DNA of 64,000 bases from Sminthopsis crassicaudata (GCF_048593235.1 NC_133620.1:295259765-295323764); one strand, 5' to 3'; positions 11,671 to 49,835 are shown, numbered from the stretch's first letter. The notes: generated from the sequence alone by a model not told the origin. Made by a program: numbers and translations.

Positions 11671-14504
11671 CACATAATATACACAAGTCCAAATTCAATG
11701 TACTTTGGCAACATAGTTTATTGGACATAATTAAAATGAAAATATTAAAACACTACTATGCAGCACCCTCTTCTACCCACAATCTCCTAAAACATGTTTA
11801 TTCTCCCAAACCTTTTTGGGTTGCTAAAGGAACAAACCTTAACCAGTCATTACTGCAGACCATAGAAAGGATGAGGAAGGCAATCTTTATGGGAAGCATA
11901 ATATAAGTGGTTTCCCCTTCTTTCCATTTCCTCTGCTATACTGGTGTTTGAGTATTTGGATGCTGTAAATTTGGGGAAAGCGGGTTCTGTTCTTGGCTTT
12001 TTCCTAGGCAGTTTGTGACCACTACAATCCACCAGGATCAATCCCAAAATTACTGCCCACAAGGTTATCAATAGCCCTGACTCCATCAGTAACTGTTAGG
12101 CCCCTCAATTTCCCCCAGGATAAGAAATTTCTAAATTTTAAGAGCAAATATACAAAAAGAATTCCATATCCAAATGCCTATATCTAGATCTCCTCTTTCC
12201 TTCCTCCACTAGAACAGTTATAATTTTATTTCCAAGGCAGAGACTGTTCCACCTATTATGAGAATTTCAACTCCCCAATGATAAGATTATACATAAACAT
12301 TGACTATATCTTAAGTTTTTGGTGTCTTCTCTGCTTGATAAAAAAGACTATGGATGTGGGTTATGATGTTGGTGGTTTCAAATATCCTTGCAATGGTGGG
12401 TTGGAGGGGGAATATTTATAAATGGCTACTAAAAATCAATACAACTTTGATCTAAATACAGAAATGACAAGGGCTGATTCCTCACCATGGACAAGTACTC
12501 TGTTAAGTTTGGGTACATTTAGCATGTTCCCCACACCCTGCTCTCAGGCATAGGTTACACTGAATTATACCTTGGTACAAAGTTACTATGACTATTAACA
12601 CACCTTTTCTGAGTAAATTTCCCCAGCTATAAAGGCAAGGATGCCTGTTCTATTTCACAAAATGTTGGGGGGCATCCATGAATACCTTACACTATAGACA
12701 CGAATGTTTAGTTACATGTGCAGTTAGTGTCCCTAATTGGAATAAAGGCTCCTCATGGGCAAGTGATTTTTATCTTCTGTAGAGTCTGGTACCAGAGTAA
12801 GTTTCCCAATGAGTTAATGACCTATCAGTTAAATAATCCAAAAGTATCTCTATAATCAGCTGCCAAACAAGAAATCAGTCGTCAAGTAAGGATGGTAACA
12901 GCAAAATGGAGAACTTCCCATTCCAATTTAAAATATTCATCTACACTTAGACTGGGTGCAAGTGCTGTCATCAGAGACAAGGTAAAATTGGAAAAGACTT
13001 AGGAGTCAGGTGAAGTATCAAAGAGTTGCAAAGGTTTTCATAAGGAAAAGACTGAAAAAAATCTCTACTGAAAAGTTGAAAACAAAGTAGACAATCTCTA
13101 AAACTGCTAAAGATGTGATTAGGATGGAAATGCATTTATTCATCAAATCACTGAATCCTAAAGCAAACATTTCCAACTCCTGAAGTCTGAAAAATAGTTT
13201 AGGAGCTAAAAAACAGGAGTGCAAACTACTAATTTTTGCACCAGATAAAAACTACCACAAATGACACCAGGAAACTAGCCATGGTAAAATCTCAATTGAG
13301 TTGCTGTGGTAGAGGAGGAAAGGGAGAAAACTGTCCCCACCTACCTTTTAATACTTAACTCTTGTTTCTATATTGTTGAAAGATAAATGCTTTCAACTCT
13401 TTCTAAATTGAGCACTTGAGGACAAAAAATAAGTTGCCCCGGTGTAGTTATGGCACTGGTAGATGCAAAACCTAAAGTGGGCATTCATTCTCTTAAATGA
13501 TGGCAAAGGCTGAAAATGTGAATATGATCAAGAAAGATCAACACAAATGTATAGACAATACATCCAATAAGGGATATTTCATTATTAAATATAAGTAACA
13601 GGGTGATGTTTTTTGTAGAAAGCTGCTTTTCCAATGCATCAATAAGGCTTTTCTTGAATCTCCATTCTCCATTCAACTCCCCTCCTCTCTTCAGTGTAAT
13701 GAGAAAAGAGGTGATAGTGACACTTGATAAGACTTTAGTAAGGGCAAGATGTTTGGATAGTGTAACTGTAAAGTGCTTTTATAAAATCTAAGTTCTGTGA
13801 TAAAGTAACTTTCAAACAGTGTGCAGTAGTAATTGTACGGAGTCAGTTTCCGCTATGAAATCCTTTGTCCCATCCCCACTCTAGGACACTGTGTCTTGGC
13901 TTTGAATCAGGAACTTCACAATAATAGTTCTACCTCCTCTTCCTCTTCTGTAAGAGCTAAAGGAGTAAAGTGAAGTGTAGTGTTTGGGAGAAAAAGTGTA
14001 AGAATCCTAAGACCCAGGTTATGGGTCTGGAGGCCCCATTGCCTGGGAACCCTTTTTGTTGCTAATTTAAATGTTCAGTGTATTGTGACTCCTCATAGCA
14101 AGTACTATGCTGTTAAGTAAAATAATCCCTGGACTATATTCTTTAGGGAAAAACATGACCAAAGCACTATCAAAGTGAGGAATAAATCAAAAGAATTTCC
14201 TTTATAGATGCCTTGCAATTTTCCAAGAATGGGTAAAGAGCAGGTTCCCCTCATTAAAATGGCACTCCCCTGTTCATCACCACCACCACCACCACCCTTC
14301 CCCTAAAAAAAGCAACCCAGGGTGTGTTCAGCCTAGGCATGGAGGCCATTCAATGGACTCACATCCAAGACAAATCTGCACAGCGCTTTGCTGATTCTCC
14401 TAGTTTTCTATTCCACTCTATTACACATCTCTCCCCTTTGCCCCCCCCCCATATACACCATCATACCACCAATAATGAGCCACAGACCTCCCTGTTTGCT
14501 TCCT

Positions 14505-14510
14505 TTTAAT
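14505..14510 (-). terminator. Candidate proximal poly(A) signal ATTAAA of KIF1C
   Basis: ATTAAA about 510 nt after the stop codon, followed on the minus strand by GU-rich sequence (gtctgtgg...tattggtggtatgatggtgt). Confidence 0.5.
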
Positions 14511-15017
14511 GAAGGGTCCCACCATGCTGTGGGACCCCAACTACACCTGGCATGCCCCTGAAAATATATTGGAAGGCCTGTGGGGGGAGGAGAAATCTTA
14601 GGATGGCTTCATCCCCTTAACATGGAAACCCACTGGTTTGGGGAGGGAATTTTGTAATGCCCTCTTATGTCATCATACCTGCCCCACTTGAAAACAAAGA
14701 AAAAAAAAACACACACACACACAAAACTGGCTATACAGCACCCCACTCTTAGCAGCATTTGGGGGGAAGTCCCCCTCTGGGAGACATGGCCTTAAGGCAG
14801 CCTATCCCCCTTTCCTTCTCTTCCCTTTGGTTTACTCCTGGCAACACTACACTGTGCATCCTACTACTTCCTCCAACTCTTAGACCAACCTTCTCAAGCC
14901 CCCCAACACCTACTCTGCCCTTCTTATCTGTCCCTACTTGTGCCAATAATCCTATAACTGGGGGAGCAGTAACCCACATCTCTCCTCTAAGCAAGGAGCC
15001 CCAGTTACGCTCTCTCC

Positions 15018-40957
<25,940 letters not shown>

Positions 40958-41091
40958 TCAAGGACCCAAATATCTCCTACTTTTCCCAACCTTCCAGTAA
41001 TACACACACTCAGAAACCCACTTCCATCTTCCAACCCCAGCTTTCCTTCACCCTGTACATCTTTCTCCCCTCCAACTCCCAAGCTCGTTAC

Positions 41092-41221
41092 CTGGTGTCC
41101 TGGCCCCAGGTTGGGGATACCGTGTTGCCTCTGGCTGCCACTGGCCCTTGTAAGGGGGGCCCCATCCTTTGTTTTGGGCCTGGTAGCTCCTGGGCTGTGG
41201 GGGATAAATGATAACACTGGG
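41092..41221 (-). other. KIF1C: Probable KIF1C non-coding exon 2 (5'UTR)
   Basis: Donor CAG|gtaacg at 41092/41091 and acceptor tccctacag at 41222 (an alternative acceptor would start the exon at 41194). It lies between exon 1 and the ATG exon, as in the human gene. Confidence 0.6.
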
Positions 41222-43053
41222 CTGTAGGGAATATCGGATGAAGTCCCCTGAAATCCCTAGGTTCTATTTAAGAGGCATAGCCAAGATGGGAGAAGGGCAG
41301 TGGAGGAGATAACTAAATGCCTAATGATTTAGGTGAGTTTTGTCCAAGATGAAACCAAAAACTTGGAGAACTGTCCTAAATCCACTAATAAAGGACACAG
41401 ATCCTCAGATAAAGGGTAGGTGGAAGACACAGTCTGAGAGTGGGGATGGGTGAGAAGTAGTCATGACAAATATAATCAAACATAAAGGAGTAACTGGGGC
41501 AGGACCCAGAGAAATTAAAAGGGAGAAGAGTTCTGAGGTAGACAGAAAGTGGGAGAGAGAAGAAACTGAGAAAAACAATGAGGAATCAGTAACTAATTTC
41601 CTACTCTGAAGAATTCCGACCCCATCTGCCCAATCAGTTGATAATTATTTATTAATCACTATAGTGCTAAGCCCTGAGGACATAAAGAAAGGAAAAAAGC
41701 ATCATCAAGGAGTTCACAAAGGCAATCTACAAACAAGTATGGATATACAAGGTATATATAGGGTAAACTGAAGGTAATCTCAGTTGCTAGCAATGTACAC
41801 TGGCTTGTATATGTTACACACATACAACCGCCCATCTCCAAATGTAAATGCGGAAAAGAAAGGGGAGAGCAGAGAAGTCTTCAGACTTCAGCCCCAGACC
41901 CTGGGATTCTTCCATCCCACCTGCCCCCATCCCGCTTTTCCCTCCAAGGACAAGGACACCGGGAGGGTGATGCCTCCTGCTTCCCTACAACTCTCCGGAG
42001 GAAAGGGATGATGCTCTTACCAAGAATGAGCAAAGGTGACTCTGGGTTCCTCGTGGGACAGGGGGAGGAGGAAGGATCGATAAAGGGGGCCTGGACGCCC
42101 GGATCCCTGGGCCCGGTCCTCCCCCCGCCGTGGGACCCCAGCACCGGCGCTGGAAGGCTGGAAGGTGTCAGGCAGGAGCCCAGGAATGTGGATGAGCTGG
42201 TGGCTACACCCTGGGAGGAGAGCCTGGGCCGGCCTACGCCCACAAGAACAAGGGCAGGGAGGGCGAGACACACAGATCCTGGGCTTTCCTCTTCACACCC
42301 AAGACTGCGTTCACTGCCCTCCGCAGCTGGGCTTTAGCTCGGGCTCTACAGGCCGGGGCTGGGAGGTCGGGGAGAAGAAACTGGGAGAGAGCTGTGTGGG
42401 CAGTGACAGAAAGGCTCAAGGGGAGACTCGCGGCTACCTCCGGAAACCAGCGCTGACCTACAGCTCCTCCGGGGGGAGGGAACGCAGGGACACCGGGCTG
42501 GGCGCCGAGGGGAGGGGGTGACAAGCTGAGGGGGGCTCGCCCGCTGGGACACAAATCAGAGCCTGGAGGCAGGCAGGGCGGGAGGCTCAGAGCGGCCGGG
42601 CACAGGCCTGGAGACAGGGAAGCAGGGGAGAGAACTGGGATAAAAGGGAGCCAGAACTCCGCGGACCGAGATGCAGGGAGGAGCGCTGGCTGCGGCCGAG
42701 GCCCAGGGCGATCGCCGGGGGCACGGGCAGGGAAATACCAGGGTGCCCAGCCCTGCCCGATCAATGCCAACTCCAAAGCCCCTACTTCCTCCCCTAGCCA
42801 CTGGGGGCACCCCGGCGGGGACGGAGCTCGCGGGGAAGCCGGGACACTGCGGCGCCCTAGGAGTGGGTGCCCGGGCCGCCTGTCCGGCGCCCCTCGCCTC
42901 CAGTGTTGCGCTGAATCAGGGCCCCCGTGGCGAGGCCGGCGAGGCCCGGCCTGGCTCCTTCTCGTACTCCGGTCTCTCGGATAGACGCCGGGGGTCTTTC
43001 CCGCCACACCCGCACCCCGGGCCCAACGTTGCTCTGGGGCCGCGAGCGCTTAC

Positions 43054-43300
43054 CTAGGCTCCCCTCCTCCTCCTCCTTCCTTTTCCTCCTCCTCCTCCTC
43101 TTCCTCCTCCTCTACTTCCCAGGACCAGCTCTCCTCGCCCGAGTGCCTCGCTGGGGACGAGGAGGCTCCCGGGGAGATTTCCCCCAGGCCCCTGCACCGG
43201 GGCTGGGGGAGGAGGCGGTGAAAGACTGAGGGGACTGAGAGCAGAGCTGCCGCGCAGCTGCGCCCGGCCGCCGCGGCTACAGCCAGCCAGCTAGCCAGCA
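43054..43300 (-). other. KIF1C: Probable KIF1C non-coding exon 1 (5' end approximate)
   Basis: Strong donor TAG|gtaagc at 43054/43053 inside the CpG island; contains a (GGA)n-rich tract. The TSS is not directly visible. Confidence 0.65.
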
Positions 43301-43531
43301 GGCGCCGGGGGGGGAAAAGAGGAGTGGGGGGAAGGGGAGGGGGAACCGGCTGCGCGCGCGCGTACGCGCGATCACGCCGGGGCGGGCAGAAAACTGGCTA
43401 CTCCTAGTTAAAAGGGCGATGCGCCCAGCTGCCAGGAGCCGGCTTGGGAACGCTGCGGAAGCCGGCCAGGGTGCCCAGGCTCCACCAGGGAGGAAAAGGG
43501 GAACGAGGCATCCTGCTCCCCATCCTTCAGG

Positions 43532-43545
43532 GCGCCATCTGGTGG
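43532..43545 (-). promoter_or_regulatory. CTCF core motif
   Basis: Minus strand reads CCACCAGATGGCGC, an exact fit to the consensus CCASYAGRKGGCRS. Confidence 0.6.
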
Positions 43546-43734
43546 GTCCTTTCTTTCTGGTCCATGACAAACTTGCTGCTTCCGCTGCCCCTCGGAGGTT
43601 GTTTCAGGTACTCACGCCTTCCCCTGCCAACCTCGCTGATACTCTTTCTGCAGCCCGTTATCTCAAGCTACCCCAGCTATTCTCTGTCCATCACCAACTG
43701 GCTCCCTCTGCCCACAATCATAACTCACATTTCT

Positions 43735-44387
43735 TTTAATAGTTTTTTTTATTATAGCTTTTTATTTACAAGACATATGCATGGGTAATTTTTCAGCACT
43801 GACCCTTGCAAAACCAGCTGTTCCAACTTTTCCCCTCCTTCCCCCCACCCCCTCCCTTAGATGGCAGGCAGTCCCATACATGTTAACTATGTTAAAGTAT
43901 ATGTTAATATACGTTGTATGTATACGTATTTATACAGTTATCTTCCTGCATCAGAAACATTGGATTTAGAAATCTGGTAAAAATAGCCTAAGAAGAATAT
44001 CAGAATTGCACGCGGACAAAAATAGGAGTGGAAATGCTATCTTGTGGTCCACATTCATCTCCCAGAGTTCTTTCACTGGGTGCAGCTGGTTCTCTTCATT
44101 ATTGAACAAATGGAAATGATTTGGTTCATCTCATTGTTGAAGAGAGCCATGTCCATCAGAATTGATCATCATATAGTATTATTGTTGAAGTGTATAGTGA
44201 TCTCCTGGTTCTGCTCATTTCACTCAGCATTTTAGTTCATATAGGTCTCTCCAAGCCTCTCTGAAATCATCCTGCTGGTCATTTCTTACAGAACAATAAT
44301 ATTCCATAACATTCATATACCACAGTTTACCCAGCCATTCTCCAATTGATGGGCATTGATTCTTTTTCCAGTTTCTGGCCACTACAA
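43735..44387 (-). mobile_element. 5'-truncated L1 at the edge of the KIF1C CpG island
   Basis: Reverse L1 3'UTR and T-tail; 15-bp TSD ataactcacatttct/ataattcacatttct. Confidence 0.92.
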
Positions 44388-46411
44388 ATAATTCACATTT
44401 CTCAAACATTTATAAAATCCTTTCCATGAAACCTTGAGTGCAAGCATTAACATGGTGGGTGTGATTTTTTTTTTTTTTTTTTTTACAATTTCCAGTTGAT
44501 CCTTCTAACCACTCCCACCCTCAGGTCCTATATCCAATTTGTTGCCAATGTGTGTTGATTTCTGGAATACTTCTTTCCTATGCCACTGTCATCTTATCTT
44601 TTTAAGCTCTTTGGAAAAAGAGTCAAATGCTGATCTCTTGCGTTCTAGCACCATCTACAGATTGAAGAGGTGAAACCTCTCAAAGGTGCCTAATTCTCCA
44701 CTTCCATCAGTGGTTTGAGAGGGGAAAATAGAGGTAGACTTTGCATTTGCTTTGTTATGAGATTTTTGAACCTGATTGGATAGAGCAGAATCCTGTTGAG
44801 TCAAGAATTGGGTGGGTTTTGATTTGGTTGCTTAAGAAGCCAATTTTGGGAGTTTTATGGTAAGCTTTTTGCTTTGCTATTAAAGGTAATTGATCAAAAG
44901 TCAGATTGTAAGGGGTGAAAAGAGAGAAAGTAGAGCACTTTTTGCAGAAAGCTTTTTCTAGGAGTTTAGGCACAAAAGACTGAAAAAATAATAATTAGGG
45001 ATCAAAGGATCAAGTGCAGTTTTTTGAATATGAGAGAGACATGAGCATGTTTGTAAGTAGTAGGGAAGGAGCCAGTATATAGGGAGAAATTAAAAATAAG
45101 TGATAGTGGAAATGCAAATTTTTGAACTATTAAAAAAAAAAAGATGGATAGGTAATTGATCAAAGCAGAATCTTATTAAGTGAAGAGAGTGAGTTTGTCA
45201 GAGAGCCAACATGAGTTGTCTGGCTCAAGGTAACGTCTGGCTATAAGAACAAAATACTTTCTCAGTGCCCTGTTAAGAGTTACTGTCAATTTTATGAAAA
45301 AGCCAATAAGATAGATAAATCTTTATTTAATTTGATTAGAAAAAGAAAAGAAGAAAACCAAATTACTAGTATCAAAAATGAAAAGGGTGAAGTTACCACC
45401 AGTAAAGAGGAAATTAAAACAATAATTAGGAGCTATTTTGCCCCACTATATACCTATAATTCTGACAATCTTTGTGAAATGGATGCATATTTACAAAAAA
45501 TGTAAATTGCCCAGATGAAAGAGGAAATAAAATACTTAAATAAACCCATTCTAGAAAAAGAAATTCAGTAAGCCATCAGTGAGCCCCAAGAAAAAAATCT
45601 CCAAGGACCAAATGGATTTACAAGTGAATTCTATCAAACAATAAAAGAACAATTAATTTCAATACCATATACACTAGGGAAAGAAAGAGTCTTGCCAATT
45701 TCCTTTTATGGTACAAATATAAATAAACCCAGAAGAACCAATGAACATTGATACAAAAAATTTAAATAAAATATTAATAAAGAGCAATTTATCATGGGGA
45801 ACTATGACAAAATGAGATTTATACCAGGAATGCAGGGTTGCTTCAATATCAGAAAAATCATTGGCATAATTGACCATTTCAATAATAAAGCTAACAGAAA
45901 TATATGATGATCTCAATAAATGCAGAAAAACATCTTGACAAAATATAGCACCAATTCCTATTAAAAACATTAGACAGTAATGTTTCCTTTCTTTAAAAGG
46001 AAAAGCAGCATCTATTTAAAAATCATCAGTAAGCATTATATATAATGCAGATAAGCTAGCAGCATTTCCAGTAAGATTAGAAATGAAACAAGGATGTCCT
46101 TTATCCCCATTATTATTCTATATTGTACTAGAAATGTTAGATTTGGCAAATAGAGAAGAAAAAGAAATTGCAATGAGGAAACCAAACTATCACTTTTTTG
46201 CAGATGATATGGTGATATACTTAGAGAATCCTGGAAAATTCTAACAAACTACTTGAAACAATGAAAAACTTTAACAAAGTTGCAGGACATAAAATAAATC
46301 CATATAAATCATTGGTATTTGTATATATTACCAACAAAGCCCAGCAGCAGAAGCTAGAAAGAGAAATTCCTTTTAAAATAATAGTAGATAAGATAAAATA
46401 TTTGGGGATTC

Positions 46412-46870
46412 TGATGCAGTTAGTGACAGTGCAGAGAGTTGTGAGAATTGGGGTGGGGAATCCCCTCTGGTTGGTGCACGTCCAACATGAAAGAATTTGC
46501 AAACCCAAAAAAGTCTGAATGGTAGAAAAGGAATTGTTCACTAAGAATGGGCTCTCTTAGTGGGTAAATTGCTAATGAGGAATTTTGCAAAGAGTGTGTA
46601 ACAGACCCCTGTTTTATGGGTAAATCTTGGCTTGAGGTTTAGGGGGGCAGTTTGAGCTGATTATCAGACCAAGATCTCCAATTGAATGAAATCATTTTTG
46701 AAGGCTTTTTTTCCAGTCTGGAATTTCCTAAAGGGGATCCAGGTCACCCCCAAAAGATCAATGGAGGGTGATCTGACCAAGATCTCCAATTGAATGATGT
46801 TGGAAAAGTATGCTTTTTCCCATAGGAGTGTCTGAGACTTCAAATTTAGTTTCAGGGTTCACCCCCATCA
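46412..46870 (-). mobile_element. Solo LTR (ERV1-like, 4-bp TSD)
   Basis: TIR tgatg/catca; TSD attc/tttc; internal duplicated gaccaagatctccaattgaatga. Confidence 0.8.
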
Positions 46871-47214
46871 TTTCTACCTACCAAGTCAAACCAAGAAACT
46901 ATATGAACACAGTTATAAAACACTTTTCATTAAAATAAAGTCAGATCTAACAAGTGGAAAAATATCAATTGCTCATGGGTAAACTGAGCTAATATTTGAA
47001 AAATGACAATTATACCTAAATTAATCTAAATTATTCACTGCCATACCAATCAAACTACTAAAAAAATTATCTTATAAAAGAGAAAAAATAGCAACAAAAT
47101 TCATCTGGAAGAGAAAAAGATCAGTAATATCAAAGGAATTCTTGGAAAATAATACAAAGGAAGTTGGCCTAGCCATATTAGCCTTAAAGCTAAATTTATA
47201 AAGTGGCAATTATC

Positions 47215-48030
47215 TGATTGGCTACGATGACAGGAAAAGATAATGATAACGCTGAAGGGGATGTGTTGGTGGAGTTGTGAACATATCCAACCATTCTGGA
47301 GAACAATTTGGAACTATGCCAAAGGACTATCAAACTGTACATACTTTTTGATCCAGTAATGGGATACTAGGTTTGTATCCCAAAGGGATCATAAAAAGGG
47401 GAAAAGAGCCCAGATGTGCAAAAATGTTTAAGCAACCTTTTTTGTAATGGTAAGGAACTGGAAACTGAATGGATGCTTATCAGCTGGGGAATGGCTAGAT
47501 ATGTTATGATATATGAATATTATGGAATATTATTGTTCAATAAAAACAATCAGCAGGATTATTTCAGAAAGGTCTGAAGAGACTTATATGAACTGATGCT
47601 AGGTGAAGTGAGTAGAAGTAAAAGAACATTGTACATAGCAGCAACAAGATTATATCAAATGTGATGGGCTTGATGATTCAGAACAATTTCAATAGACTTG
47701 TGATAGAGAGAACCATCTACATCCAGAGAGAGGACTATGGGAACTAAATGTGGATTACTACACAGTATTTTCACCTTTTGTTATTGTTATTGTTTGCTTG
47801 CTTGTTTTTGTTTCTTTTTTTTTTAATCTAGTTTTTCTTGTGGAGCATGATAAATGTAGAAATGTTTAAAAGAATTGCACATATTTAACCTATATTGGAT
47901 TACTTGCTCTCTGAGTAAGGAAGGAAGAAAAATATAAAAATAAAAATATAAACAAGATTTTGCAAGAGTTAATGCTGAAAACTACCTTTGCATGTATTTT
48001 GAAAAATAAAAAGCTATTATTAAAAAAAAT
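47215..48030 (+). mobile_element. L1 3' fragment nested in an older L1
   Basis: Own A tail; 15-bp TSD aaagtggcaattatc/aaagtagcagtcatc (3 mismatches); the host ORF2 resumes after it. Confidence 0.8.
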
Positions 48031-48428
48031 AAAGTAGCAGTCATCAAAATCATTTGGTACTGGCTAAGAAAGAATGGTGGAGCAGTAGAAGAGGTTAGGT
48101 ATGTAAGACACACTAGTCAGTTACTATTATTTGATAAATACAAAGACTCCAGATTCTGGGAGGGGGAAACCTCAAATGTGACAAAAATTGCTGTAAAAAC
48201 CTGAAAATAATATGGCAGAAACTAGGCATTGACCAAAATCTCACACCCTATACCAAGATAAGGTCTAAATTAGTTCATGATTTAGACATAAAGGTTATAC
48301 TGTAAGCCTATTAGGAGAACAAGGAATAGTTTATTTGACAGATCTTTGGCGAAGAAGAAATTTATGACCAAACAAAAAAATTGAAACACTATCAAATGCA
48401 AAATGGATAATTTTGGTTATATTAAATT

Positions 48429-48578
48429 CTTTAATTTTTTTTTTTTAAGGCTGGGGTTAAGTGACTTGACCAGTGTCACATAGCTAGGAAGTGTTAAATG
48501 TCTGACACCAGATTTGAACTCAGGTCCTCTTGACTTCAGGGCTGATGCTGTATCCATTGCATCATCTAGCTGCCCCTA
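48429..48578 (-). mobile_element. WSINE1-type SINE
   Basis: Reverse head ...ctagctgcccc and T-tail; perfect 13-bp TSD gttatattaaatt. Confidence 0.9.
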
Positions 48579-49699
48579 GTTATATTAAATTAAAAATGTT
48601 TTGTACAAACAAAACCAATTCAGCCAAGATTAGAAGGGAAGCAGAAAACTGAAAAACAATTTGTATAGCCAATGTTTCTGAAAAACCCTCATTTCTAAAA
48701 TATATAGAGAATGAAATTAAATTGATGAGATTTACATTTATTATAAATTTACAAATCATTCCCCAATTGACAAATGATCAGATATGAACAATTTTCAAAT
48801 AAAGAAATTAAAGTTATCTATAATGTGAAAAAATGCTCTAAATCACTATTGATTAGAGAAATTAAAATTAAAACAATTCTGATATACCATTTCATACTTG
48901 TCAAATTGACTAAGATGACAGGAAAAGATAATGATAAATATTGGAGAAGATGTGGAGGGACACTATTGGGACACTAATGCATTGTAGGTGGAGTTGTGAA
49001 CTGATCTAGCCATTCTGGAGAGTAATTTGGAACTATGGCCAAAGAACTGTCATACCCTTTGATCCAGCAGTGCCACTACTGAGTCTGTATCCCAAAGAGG
49101 TTATAAAAGAAGGAAAAGAATCCACGTGCACAAAATTGTTTGTAGCAGCTCTTTTTGTTAATGAATGTCTGTCAATTGAGAAAAGGCTGAATGAGTGATT
49201 ATATATTAATATAATGGAATATTATTGTTCTATAAGAAAGAATGAGCAGGCTGATGTCAGAAAAACCTGAAAAGACTTACATGAACTAATACTAAGTGAA
49301 GTGAGCAGAACCAGGAAAACATTGTACATAATAACAGCAAGACTGCATGATGATCAAACATGATCAACTTAGCTCCTCTCAGTAATATAGTAATTATTCA
49401 AGAAATTTCAATGGTCTTGGGAAGGAAAATGCTACCTGCATCCAGAAAAAGAACTATGGAGACTAAATACATATTGAAGTATCCTATTTTCACCTTTTTT
49501 GTTTTGTTTTATTTTTTTCTTATGGTTTTTCCCTTTTGCTCTGATTTTTCCTCCTTGATATGACTAATATGAAAATATGTTTAAAATGATTATACATGTA
49601 TAACCTATATCAGATTGCTTGCTGTCTTAGGGAGAAAGGAGGTAAAGAAAGGTAGGACAAAAAAAACTGGAACTGAAAGTCTTACAAAAATGAATGCTG

Positions 49700-49835
49700 G
49701 GGCAGCTAGGGGGCGCAGTGGATAGAGCACCAGCCTTGAATTCAGGAGGACCTGAGTGTCTGATCTCAGACACTTAACCCGTCCTAGCTGTGTGACCCTG
49801 GGCAAGTCACTTAACCCCAGCCTCAGGGGGGCGGG
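49700..49835 (+). mobile_element. WSINE1-type SINE
   Basis: Head ggggcagctagggggcgcagtggatagagc; perfect 12-bp TSD aaatgaatgctg. Confidence 0.92.

Larger units (their letters stand above)
42200..43600. promoter_or_regulatory. CpG island / KIF1C promoter (the KIF1C-INCA1 head-to-head promoter position in eutherians)
   Basis: Very GC- and CpG-rich against AT-rich flanks; overlaps KIF1C exon 1. Confidence 0.85.

Noticed and set aside
1-11700. A downstream neighbour gene such as SLC52A1 or ZFP3
   Set aside because: No transporter or C2H2 zinc-finger exons are recognisable; the region is almost all transposon-derived
14514-14537. Iron-responsive element in the KIF1C 3'UTR
   Set aside because: The loop is AGCAUG rather than CAGUGN and there is no bulged C; kept only as a generic hairpin
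41783-41794. RFX X-box-like gttgctagcaat (also ctagccatggtaaa at 13275)
   Set aside because: Two or three mismatches to consensus and no other support
41881-43788. Many 80-257 aa ORFs on both strands in the KIF1C CpG island
   Set aside because: Pro/Gly/Arg/Ala-rich with no recognisable domain; expected from stop-codon scarcity in GC-rich DNA
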